In this document: positions 10,042 to 18,737 of the stretch, piece by piece
How positions within the stretch are numbered: the first letter of the stretch is position 1
Layout of the letters: each line of letters begins with the position of its first letter
From: Candidatus Fermentibacterota bacterium
GTDB taxonomy: Bacteria; Fermentibacterota; Fermentibacteria; Fermentibacterales; JCC-6
Assembly (NCBI GenBank): GCA_030592645.1
Contig: JAUVIR010000003.1
Span: 9,279-73,278 of the forward strand
Direction: 5' to 3'
Length of the DNA stretch: 64,000 nt
Program-made: the position numbers and the translations under genes
The notes under the pieces: model-generated
The model's input: only the letters and a program-made list of their open reading frames with translations
Database searches by the model: none
What the model was told of the DNA's origin: nothing

Positions 10042-10217
10042 GTTCAAAGTAGCGTTATAGTCATTTATTTGGTTCACCGAATTTCTGATTATTAGATTTC
10101 AGGGATTAGGTATGGACGCTGCAGCAACTGCTTCTCGTCAAAACCGACTTGACTTGCATGCCTATCAATGAATACTCAATTTCAACATTATGAACTCAAA
10201 CTTCTGCAAAGGTGAAA

Positions 10218-10241
10218 GTTCGAATCCACTCAGGGGTACCA
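10218..10241 (+). repeat. tRNA 3'-end fragment copy 2 (att-like)
   Basis: GTTCGAATCCACTCAGGGGTACCA = T-loop, T-stem 3' strand, acceptor 3' strand, discriminator A, CCA; no tRNA 5' half upstream. Confidence 0.88.
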
Positions 10242-10392
10242 GTCCCTCCAGTTTTACGAGTGATCAAATATGCTGTAGATTGTTTCCATTGTCTAATGTT
10301 TGAATATTATGATATTGATTCGGATTAGTGACGCGAAAAAGTATAATGGTGTATTTTAATACAGGCCATCTACCATCATTGCGGGGGAAACA

Positions 10393-11682
10393 ATGGAGAT
10401 TATCTTTGTTCTATTATCACTTAGCACCTTAACTACTACTGAACTATCAGAATGTGAATATATATTTGATACATTCTCATGTGAATCCACAATTATCTCA
10501 CCATTTGAATTCTTCACTCATAATAATGATAGTGGAGTACCCTTCGTGTGGCGCGCGCAATTCACACCTGATAATAGATATAGGATTCTGGTATTCGATG
10601 AGAATGAACTGCTGATAATTGAGGGAATTGATGATAGCTTAGAATCCGATAGTGAATATACTATTAATAGAATAGTATTTGAGAATTATCCTGATGGGAA
10701 CCATCTTAGACATCCCTTATACTCACAAAACCTTGAGTATGCATTATTTACAGGTAAAGATACTATTGATGTTTATACACATTACCTGGTAAACACAGTG
10801 ACTTGTGAGATTGACACTCTTCCATTCTCTTCACCTGGATGCGCAAGACCATCGAATGATGGCAGTCTAGCGACACTGTGCTTTACTGTACCCCCATTGG
10901 GCATGATCCCAGAAGAGTTTGCCTGGCCTTGTGTGAAACTCTCCAGATTCAATCAAATTACTGGTCAATTCGATTCTACAATTATTTTGTCAGATGTAAG
11001 CTTTCCACGTGTATCAAGGAATCACGATAGACTATTAGTTTTCTATTTCGATGGTACTATCAGTAACATTGAGGCTTATGATGAGCAGGTAAACAGGAAT
11101 TGGAGCATTTTTGAAGATGGATATGAACAGCTATATTTAGCTTCTACTACTTTTATCAGAAGGTGTGGATCCGCATTAAGGGGGTATCTACTAAGTTCCG
11201 GTGAGGTGATTTGGGAGGACAATTCCATTGATTACAGCGATACTTGGTTCAGAAAAGTAAAGATATCAATGGATGAGCATACAATTGGATTACAATTCAC
11301 TGGAATTGCTGATAGCCAACACTCTAGCAACGGATCAGTATTTCTTCTTCAGCATATGCCTGATTCGCAATCTGTAACTATTTCTAGTCTTACAGACATT
11401 TATGGAGAGCTCGGTAGTATTCAACTGTGTTCAGTTTCCGATAATGGAAGGTTACTCTTCTCTTATCACCCAGATCGAATGAATCCTAGTTTAAGGAAAT
11501 ACATAATTACAGATGAGTCATGCGTACCCATATGGCATTCATCAGATTCTGTTGTATTCACTAGTGAGGCGGTGTTCTCTCAATATGGAGATAGGATTAT
11601 TTATGAAAGGAAAGATGATAAGCTAGTAATATCGAATATACAGCAGATCTCTATTGATGATTCTGTGGATATTCATCATTGA
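10393..11682 (+). CDS. Secreted beta-rich (propeller-like) hypothetical protein
   Basis: 429 aa, hydrophobic N-terminus, blade-like motifs FTPDNRY, SNDGS, ISMDEH, VSDNGR, FSQYGD; AT-rich. Confidence 0.7.
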   Translation: MEIIFVLLSLSTLTTTELSECEYIFDTFSCESTIISPFEFFTHNNDSGVPFVWRAQFTPDNRYRILVFDENELLIIEGIDDSLESDSEYTINRIVFENYPDGNHLRHPLYSQNLEYALFTGKDTIDVYTHYLVNTVTCEIDTLPFSSPGCARPSNDGSLATLCFTVPPLGMIPEEFAWPCVKLSRFNQITGQFDSTIILSDVSFPRVSRNHDRLLVFYFDGTISNIEAYDEQVNRNWSIFEDGYEQLYLASTTFIRRCGSALRGYLLSSGEVIWEDNSIDYSDTWFRKVKISMDEHTIGLQFTGIADSQHSSNGSVFLLQHMPDSQSVTISSLTDIYGELGSIQLCSVSDNGRLLFSYHPDRMNPSLRKYIITDESCVPIWHSSDSVVFTSEAVFSQYGDRIIYERKDDKLVISNIQQISIDDSVDIHH

Positions 11683-11756
11683 TAGCTGAGTAGATTTAGT
11701 CCTTCATTGTAAGGAATCTGTAAGTGTAACCTTCCACAATAGAAGTTCTAAGAGTG

Positions 11757-11773
11757 TCCACTACGGGGTACCA
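11757..11773 (+). repeat. tRNA 3'-end fragment copy 3 (degenerate)
   Basis: TCCACTACGGGGTACCA, 15/17 match to copies 1 and 2 (CA swapped to AC). Confidence 0.75.
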
Positions 11774-11820
11774 AAAGGGACGGAGGTAATTGGAAAATCT
11801 AATTACCTCCGTCCCTTTTT
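11773..11820 (+). terminator. Intrinsic terminator, probably bidirectional
   Basis: Perfect 19-bp inverted repeat AAAAGGGACGGAGGTAATT (11773-11791) / AATTACCTCCGTCCCTTTT (11801-11819). Confidence 0.9.
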
Positions 11821-11892
11821 CGTTACAGTGTTCAACATCAATTGACATCCTGCCTTCTACCTATGATTCTTGAACGATTGGAGGGGTATTAT

Positions 11893-13719
11893 ATGTATAA
11901 AAGAATCCTGACTCTTGTAATTCTCGGTTCCTTAAACCTTGCATATGCTGATTCCGCGGTTCAGACTGATTGGTCTGGTGGTTCAGAAGTAGCGGGACCT
12001 GTACTAGAGTTGAGTGATCAGTTTGATAACGAAACAGATATCAGGTGGAACAGCGATCTGGGCGATATAGAACTCCACAAGGAATTTTTCCAGCACACAA
12101 TTAGTTCATATTTTAATTCATACTCCGTCTACTCGGCAGATATTGATGGTGATGGAGATATGGACGTTCTTGCCGCTTTGTTTCAATCAAGTAACGTCAG
12201 CTGGTTTGACAACATCGATGGTTCGGGAACATCCTGGATTGAGCATCTTATTGCAGAAGATCATATCTACATTATTTCCGTATACTCTGAAGACGTTGAT
12301 TCCGATGGCGATATGGATATCATCGGTGCCGCACTCCATGATGATGAGATCTTGTGGTGGGAGAATATCGACGGCTCTGGTACATCCTGGACAGAGCATA
12401 TCATTACAGGAACCTACGACGGTGCCAGCTGTGTACACTCAGTGGATATAGATAATGATGGAGATAAGGACGTAATCAGTGCTGCACGATATGCCGACGA
12501 TATCACCTGGTGGGAGAACATCGATGGTTCGGGAACATCGTGGACAGAGCATACTGTCGATGGAAATTATGATGGTGCCGAAATGGTTTACTCCGATGAC
12601 ATTGACGGTGACGGAGACATGGACATCCTTGGTACCGCATTCGAGGGGGATAAAGTTGTCTGGTGGGAAAACATGAACGGTTCGGGTACAAGCTGGACCG
12701 CACATATCATTGATGAAAATTATGACGGGGCCTGCGCAGTTAATACTGAGGATATAGATGGTGACGGAGATAAGGACGTTCTGAGCACTGCGTTTGAATC
12801 AGGAGAAGCGACATGGTGGGAGAATTGCGATGGCTCTGGTACATCCTGGATTGAGCATACGGTCAATGATGATTTTGCCGGTGCGCGTTCAATATGTGCC
12901 GGGGATATAGACGAAGACGGAGACATGGACATCTTTGGTGCGGCTTTACTGGACTGTGAAATAGCCTTCTGGGAAAATCTCGACGGTTCCGCTACATCCT
13001 GGGCAGAGTATACAGTTGATCGTGCTATCTATTGTGGTAACTCCGTTTGCCTTGCAGATATCGATGGGGACAGCACTCTGGAGATTCTAGGAACACTTGC
13101 ACCCACGGGTATCTGCTGGTGGGAAGCTAATGGTTATTCTCTCACTGGTATTCTTGAATCCAGTGTTCTCGATGTGCAGGCGGAGCCCTCATGGGATTAT
13201 ATCCAGTGGAATTCGGAAACTCCTGCAGGAACATCCGTCTCATTCCAGGTCAGATCATCCGATGATCACGCAAATATGGGAGACTGGTCAGACACCATCT
13301 TCACTCCCTGCAGTCTGGTGGGCATCTTAGTTGATAGTGAACGGTATGTTCAGTACAGGATACTTCTAGAAACAATTACAAACATTTCCACCCCGACACT
13401 CAACGATATCACTATCAGCTGGAATCTGTTAGGAATCAATGAAACTGCAGGGCCGATTCCTCAAGTACCGGAACTGCTTCCCATAGCACCTAATCCATCT
13501 GCAGGATCACCAATGATCAGGTTCGGGTTACCCGAACCAGCTTTCGTTGGTATTTGTATCTTCGACCTTTCGGGCAGGCTCGTCAGTGAGGTCAGTGGAG
13601 ATGAGTACTCCCCCGGGTATCACGAAGTTCTACTTGCAGACCTGAATTCCGGGATCTACTTCTGCAGGATGATCACAGGAGACTTCACAGCAACGCTACG
13701 ATTTATTGTTGTAGAGTAA
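11893..13719 (+). CDS. FG-GAP/VCBS repeat protein with T9SS type A-like C-terminal domain
   Basis: Signal peptide; about seven ~50-aa repeats DIDGDGDMDV...WWENIDGSGTSWTEH; C-terminal PNPS..IFDLSGRLV..GIYFCRM. Confidence 0.9.
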   Translation: MYKRILTLVILGSLNLAYADSAVQTDWSGGSEVAGPVLELSDQFDNETDIRWNSDLGDIELHKEFFQHTISSYFNSYSVYSADIDGDGDMDVLAALFQSSNVSWFDNIDGSGTSWIEHLIAEDHIYIISVYSEDVDSDGDMDIIGAALHDDEILWWENIDGSGTSWTEHIITGTYDGASCVHSVDIDNDGDKDVISAARYADDITWWENIDGSGTSWTEHTVDGNYDGAEMVYSDDIDGDGDMDILGTAFEGDKVVWWENMNGSGTSWTAHIIDENYDGACAVNTEDIDGDGDKDVLSTAFESGEATWWENCDGSGTSWIEHTVNDDFAGARSICAGDIDEDGDMDIFGAALLDCEIAFWENLDGSATSWAEYTVDRAIYCGNSVCLADIDGDSTLEILGTLAPTGICWWEANGYSLTGILESSVLDVQAEPSWDYIQWNSETPAGTSVSFQVRSSDDHANMGDWSDTIFTPCSLVGILVDSERYVQYRILLETITNISTPTLNDITISWNLLGINETAGPIPQVPELLPIAPNPSAGSPMIRFGLPEPAFVGICIFDLSGRLVSEVSGDEYSPGYHEVLLADLNSGIYFCRMITGDFTATLRFIVVE

Positions 13720-13804
13720 CTGTAGAAATCGATATTCTGAAATGATAAGGCTATTGTACAGTACCCTGCAGACCTTTATCTTCGGGAGTACTGGGAGGTA
13801 TCGA

Positions 13805-14728
13805 ATGAAAACTGTCCGGATTGTTTCACTGATTATTCTATTGACCGCAGCAAATTCCACGTTTGGCGGTTCTCTTCCATTTTCCCGTTCCGGTCTGATC
13901 GATATCCCCACAGCTTCCATGCTTCTGCACACGCAGATCAAGCTGGGAGGTGCAGCCACAGCGTTCAGCTACCAGAATGCGGACAGCACTACTGAAAATG
14001 ATTTTGCCGTAGGAGCCCATCTTGAATTCGGTCTTTTCGGCAGGGTTCAGTTAGGGATCACTTGGCTTGGAGATGCCGGGATCTCCGGCAATGTCCGGGT
14101 ACTTGCCATCCACGAAAGTACGACTATCCCCGCGATTGCATTCGGATGCCAGAATATCACGGGAGAAAAGAATTACGAATTCTTCCGGGATTCGCAGGAC
14201 AGTCTTTACAGATATGAGGAATCACAAAATTTCTCCGCATACATGGTGTTAACAAAAAGCCTTGATTACTTCTCCCGAATACCTGTCTGCCTTCATCTGG
14301 GTTACGGCATTGGAAGGTTCAGGCAGGGTGAAAATTCGGATTTTGACGGAATATCAAACCCTGTAAGAGGTCTTTTCGGCGGAATTGACTACCATCCCAC
14401 CAGAAATGTATCGCTCATGCTGGAATGGGACGGAAGAGATGCCAACTTAGGCGCATCATTCACGATGAACCCGAATGTCCGCTTCCTTGGAGCAATTGCG
14501 GAACTTGAACAGCTTGCAATGAGTAACAGAGATCTCTCGGATGTCATGCAGAATGTCAAATTCAGCCTCGGAGTGGAAATCACATTAGGCCCAATCCTCA
14601 ACGCTGTCACTCTCCAATCCTTCAGTGAACTGACCCAGCGTGAAACCGATGATCTTCTCCTTAAGCTTGAGGCAATTAGATCGCATGCCAGGGAAGATAT
14701 CGAAGAACTTAAGCACGATGTTCCCTAA
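13805..14728 (+). CDS. YjbH-like outer-membrane beta-barrel protein
   Basis: Signal peptide; SGLIDIPTA, PAIAFG, LHLGYG, GLFGGI, LMLEWDGRDANLG. Confidence 0.7.
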   Translation: MKTVRIVSLIILLTAANSTFGGSLPFSRSGLIDIPTASMLLHTQIKLGGAATAFSYQNADSTTENDFAVGAHLEFGLFGRVQLGITWLGDAGISGNVRVLAIHESTTIPAIAFGCQNITGEKNYEFFRDSQDSLYRYEESQNFSAYMVLTKSLDYFSRIPVCLHLGYGIGRFRQGENSDFDGISNPVRGLFGGIDYHPTRNVSLMLEWDGRDANLGASFTMNPNVRFLGAIAELEQLAMSNRDLSDVMQNVKFSLGVEITLGPILNAVTLQSFSELTQRETDDLLLKLEAIRSHAREDIEELKHDVP

Positions 14729-14774
14729 ATAAAGGTAGAATGAGCTGTTCCGCTAAGATATCACGGGAGGTCCA

Positions 14775-16565
14775 GTGACCGGTAAGAAGACAAATCCCGA
14801 CAATACAGGATTGCTTAAGGCGCTTGAAGCGGAGAAGGCATACCTTGAGATGCTGTTCGAGGGTCTGCAGGAGGGGATCGTCATGGTTGACAGCCACGGG
14901 ATCATCCAGCGTGTCAACAGGGAATTCGAAAGGCTGTTCGGTTACTCCTCGGATGAAGCCGTCGGGCAGAGCATCGATGATCTCGTCGCTCCGGGGGATT
15001 TGAATCAGGAAGCCAGAGGTATCACATCCTCTGTTGTTACCGGTCACAAACAGATCCTGGAGACAAAGAGGCATGCCAAAGATGGAAGTGTCCTCAGTGT
15101 TTCGGTTCTTGCATCGCCGATATCGGTGGGTGACTCCGTGGTGGGTTACTATGGAATTTACCGTGACATCGCAGACAGGAAGGAAGCCGAAGCCGATCTC
15201 AGGCGCCAGAAAGCACATCTGGAGCAGTTATTCGAAAGTGCTCAAGAGGGCATTGTAATGGTCGCAAACGATGGCATTGTTCTCAACGGTAACGGTGAGT
15301 TCCTCAGAATGTTCGGCTACGAATTGGAAGAGATCAAGGGCAGAAATATCGATGACATAATAACATCGGAGGACTGTCATGAGGAAGCGTTAGACATAAC
15401 AGACAGAGTCAGCAGCGGGTTGAAAGTATCTTTTGAGACCGTTCGAACGCGTAAGGATGGTACGAAGATCGAGGTCTCGTTACTTGCTTCCCCCATAGTT
15501 ATCGACGACTTTCAGGTCGCATTCTACGGTATCTACCGGGACATCACTGAAAGGAAGAGGGCAACCGAAAGGCTCAACAGGTCAAGACGGAGAATAGAGA
15601 GTTTGCACGGCATAGCCAGAAACCTTGAAAAGTCCGATTCCGAGAATATGGTTTACAATTACGTTATCTCCGCAGCCTGCATGATACTGGATTTTTCTGC
15701 ATGCTCGATCTCGCTGATCAGAAAGGACAAGCTCGTTCCGCTCTTCTTCTCCACACCTGACCTCGCGGAGCTGCACCAGGAGAGCTTCCTGCCCGGTGAG
15801 GGCCTTGCGGGAAGGTCCTATCTGCAGCATAAAACTCTCGTTGAGCAGCGCGATGCCTCTCTGGGTCAGCCGGTCCTGCAGATCGATAATCCTTCTTATT
15901 TCCCGCTTATAGGATCGCCGGTGGGAACATCAGGTGTCTTCACGGGATTCGGGAAGGGTTCTGATCATATTGAGGATGAGCAGGCCAATCTCCTCGAATT
16001 GCTGCTGGGCCATGCTTCAGAGGCTGTCAACAGGATACGGCTTCACCGGGAGCTCAGAGCCCAGGCAATTCATGACCCGCTGACCGGTGTCCACAACAGA
16101 CTCTACTTCGATGAAGCAATAGAGAGGGAAGTAGAGAGAGCCAGAAGGTATAACCACTCCATCGGGATCGTCATGATCGATATTGATAACTTTAAGGAAG
16201 TGAACGATCGGTTCGGCCATCAGAAAGGCGACGAGGTCCTATGCGCCGTAGCGGGGAAGCTGCAGGAAGTGGTCCGGAAAGCCGATAGTGTAATTCGGTA
16301 CGGTGGTGACGAGTTCCTGCTGATCCTCCCGGAAACAGGGGGAGGGACCTGTCAGATCGTCGAGCGGCTGCGTGCCGACTTAAACGATCTTCCGGAGATC
16401 AGTTCCATCGTGAATTTTCCCGTTACACTATCGATCGGTTCTGCAATCTGGGAACCGGGGGAGGATATCTCCATACACAGGATTCTTATGAAAGCGGACG
16501 ATCTCATGTACCAGGGCAAGAAGAAACACCCTGGATCGGAGAATGAGAATCAGGATCATCATTGA
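14775..16565 (+). CDS. Diguanylate cyclase, PAS-PAS-GAF-GGDEF
   Basis: Two PAS/PAC repeats; HDPLTGVHNR, DIDNFKEVNDRFGHQKGD, RYGGDEF with upstream RKAD I-site. Confidence 0.95.
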   Translation: MTGKKTNPDNTGLLKALEAEKAYLEMLFEGLQEGIVMVDSHGIIQRVNREFERLFGYSSDEAVGQSIDDLVAPGDLNQEARGITSSVVTGHKQILETKRHAKDGSVLSVSVLASPISVGDSVVGYYGIYRDIADRKEAEADLRRQKAHLEQLFESAQEGIVMVANDGIVLNGNGEFLRMFGYELEEIKGRNIDDIITSEDCHEEALDITDRVSSGLKVSFETVRTRKDGTKIEVSLLASPIVIDDFQVAFYGIYRDITERKRATERLNRSRRRIESLHGIARNLEKSDSENMVYNYVISAACMILDFSACSISLIRKDKLVPLFFSTPDLAELHQESFLPGEGLAGRSYLQHKTLVEQRDASLGQPVLQIDNPSYFPLIGSPVGTSGVFTGFGKGSDHIEDEQANLLELLLGHASEAVNRIRLHRELRAQAIHDPLTGVHNRLYFDEAIEREVERARRYNHSIGIVMIDIDNFKEVNDRFGHQKGDEVLCAVAGKLQEVVRKADSVIRYGGDEFLLILPETGGGTCQIVERLRADLNDLPEISSIVNFPVTLSIGSAIWEPGEDISIHRILMKADDLMYQGKKKHPGSENENQDHH

Positions 16566-16586
16566 GATACTGCATTTATACTGTTC

Positions 16587-18233
16587 TCAGATGAACCTGT
16601 ACAAACCCTTCAATTTTCTTCTCTCAAGAACGTTTCCTGCTGAAGTCTGAACTTCCATAAGGCTATCGTTTGCGGTAATGCGCCTCACTTCTGCATCAAG
16701 TACTCTCAGCAGATAGTACACCCCCGAATCAAACTGAAGCTGTCTATCTATTCTGGATACCGGTTCTGGAGATAGAAGTTCTTTCTCCATCATCCAGGTG
16801 GATGAAAGCAGTCTTCCAGCCGAGAACAGAGCACACCTTTTACTCTCTGAGAATGCTGGTTTCCATAACAGGGATGACCAGCCCAGCTGGCAGAACCATG
16901 CCCCCCTCCGCAGATCTCTGACCCCGGATGCAAGCAGCCATTCAAAGTAATTCTTCACCCCCGCAGCATCGATGGTTTCCGGCGGGCCGCTCTCCTCATC
17001 ATCTTCATCAGGCTCAATACTCTTCTCATCTATATGCCGTAACCATGCGGTAAGGCCTGATGAGAGAATATCGCTGACGGTAACGGGAGAACCGGGAAGG
17101 AGCTCATCCCTGAACATTGAAAACCCGGATTCCAGTGCTCCATTTTCTAAAGGCAGATACCCCGGACCCGGCAGCTCAGCTGGCACTTTGCCCTCATCAT
17201 TTATCCAGAGCCGCAATTTGCTTAGCAGCAGCGCGGGTGAGTTATCCGGCACAGGCCCCCACACGAAACCGCCTCCGGGGGCTGTTGAACAGGAAGATAG
17301 ATCTTCCGAGAGAAATAGAACCCCTCTGCCTCTTTCTCTTAGCGCAACATTGTATGGAGGATCGAATTTTCTGATAGTCTCGAATTCCAGGAGAGCCGCC
17401 TCAAGCGGGGTTTCACACTCATCGGTGGATACATCGTGAACCTGGGATACAAGTTCAAGTGTCTTCTCATCAGCTTTCCTTCTGGTGAAATAACTGTTGA
17501 CCCGTCTCTTCAGGGATAACGCTTTGCCTGCATACAGAACCTTTCCCTCTTTTGAGAGAAGACGATATACACCTGGTGTATCCGGCAGGGAAAGCCTGGT
17601 ATCCTTCGGCATGGGGTAGTCCCAGCTCCCGATTCGGGTCGCAGGCGGCTTAAGAAGAAATTCATTCAGCTGCGAAAGCTGCATGATGCCCTTTCCGTTA
17701 AGCTCTGACACAAGACTGGCCCAGATCAGTGATGTTGCCCGAACATGTTCGGCAGCCCTCTTCTTCTCATCCATGGAATACCCCAGGTATCCGGCAACGG
17801 CCCGGAGCCCTTTCCTCGGGAGGCCGGGATAGAGTCTTCTCGCTATTTCCCGTGTACAGAGGATCCTCGATATCTGCTCATCCGGGAGATATGTCGAGAA
17901 GAGATGATCGATCCATCGCTGTTCAAAAACAGCAAAATGAGCAACCGGGACAGCATTTCTGAAAACCGGCAGCAGGAGTTTTGCAAGTTCCCGCTGCTCA
18001 ATACCGTCACCCGGCAATACTGATGAAATGCCCGTCATTCTGGAAATGCGGCCTGGTAACGTCTCTTCTTCGGGAAGTGAAACAAGAAAGGAATGTATCT
18101 CCGGTTCGCGCTCCACAATACCTGATGGGAGGACCGCCCACGCTATCTCCAGCAGGGACCCTTTCGCTGGTGTCGCTCCCGTGGTCTGGCAGTCGAGGAT
18201 CACAACCGGCAGGCGGGCTAGATCATTTTCCAT
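16587..18233 (-). CDS. DnaQ-like (atypical DEDDh) exonuclease domain fused to UvrC-type GIY-YIG nuclease
   Basis: ILDCQTTG, VAHFAVFE, LCTREIARRLYP; LPDTPGVYRL..VLYAGKALSLKRRVNSYF, EAALLE, PPYN. Confidence 0.85.
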   Translation of the reverse strand: MENDLARLPVVILDCQTTGATPAKGSLLEIAWAVLPSGIVEREPEIHSFLVSLPEEETLPGRISRMTGISSVLPGDGIEQRELAKLLLPVFRNAVPVAHFAVFEQRWIDHLFSTYLPDEQISRILCTREIARRLYPGLPRKGLRAVAGYLGYSMDEKKRAAEHVRATSLIWASLVSELNGKGIMQLSQLNEFLLKPPATRIGSWDYPMPKDTRLSLPDTPGVYRLLSKEGKVLYAGKALSLKRRVNSYFTRRKADEKTLELVSQVHDVSTDECETPLEAALLEFETIRKFDPPYNVALRERGRGVLFLSEDLSSCSTAPGGGFVWGPVPDNSPALLLSKLRLWINDEGKVPAELPGPGYLPLENGALESGFSMFRDELLPGSPVTVSDILSSGLTAWLRHIDEKSIEPDEDDEESGPPETIDAAGVKNYFEWLLASGVRDLRRGAWFCQLGWSSLLWKPAFSESKRCALFSAGRLLSSTWMMEKELLSPEPVSRIDRQLQFDSGVYYLLRVLDAEVRRITANDSLMEVQTSAGNVLERRKLKGLYRFI

Positions 18234-18239
18234 TCCAGA

Positions 18240-18737
18240 TCATAATTCCGGATCTCTTTCGAAGAACTCGCTGGCCCACTGAAAATCACAACCGGCGTTA
18301 ATGGCTGCATTTTTATCGGCATCACGGTCACCTACGAAAAGAACGTTCTCCGGGGAAACCCCGTAAAGCTTCATCAGACGGATAAGCATTTCAGGGTCTG
18401 GCTTCCTGCAGCCGCAGCCGGTATGCGGAATGTGAGGGCACATCTCTATGGTACCTTCTGCAGGGCTGAACCCGAAAGCTTCCCTGAACGTATCCTCAAG
18501 TAGTTTCATGGCTGTGCTCTCCGGGAAGTAACCAACACCCACACCCCCCTGGTTGCTGGCGATACCGTACCCGACACCGGGTTCCTCTCCGGGATTAACC
18601 CAGTCGAACGGGGCCAGCTTCTCGATCACACCTGGATAGAGCTCCCATTCTCCGGCTCTGTTCGGGCAGGGCTGCCCCTCAACCGTACAGTATCTGAGCG
18701 TTCCATCGGCATCAAAGATTATCAGGCTGTGTTTCAT
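18240..18737 (-). CDS. HAD-IIIA phosphatase, GmhB/HisB-N-like
   Basis: IFDADGTL, ASNQGGV, CPH..CGCRKP, FVGDRDAD. Confidence 0.88.
   Translation of the reverse strand: MKHSLIIFDADGTLRYCTVEGQPCPNRAGEWELYPGVIEKLAPFDWVNPGEEPGVGYGIASNQGGVGVGYFPESTAMKLLEDTFREAFGFSPAEGTIEMCPHIPHTGCGCRKPDPEMLIRLMKLYGVSPENVLFVGDRDADKNAAINAGCDFQWASEFFERDPEL

Noticed and set aside
10165-10241. Intact tRNA gene at repeat copy 2 (or copies 1 and 3)
   Set aside because: No 5' acceptor strand, D-arm or T-stem 5' strand (AGTGG) upstream; only the 3' 24 nt are tRNA-like.
9408-11773. CRISPR array or classical integron attC array
   Set aside because: Spacing of 814 and 1532 bp, no cas or intI gene, no RYYYAAC...GTTRRRY palindromes of attC size seen.
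12100-13130. Repeats in the FG-GAP gene as DGR template/variable repeats
   Set aside because: Ordinary in-frame protein repeats; no reverse transcriptase in the window and no adenine-specific pattern noticed.
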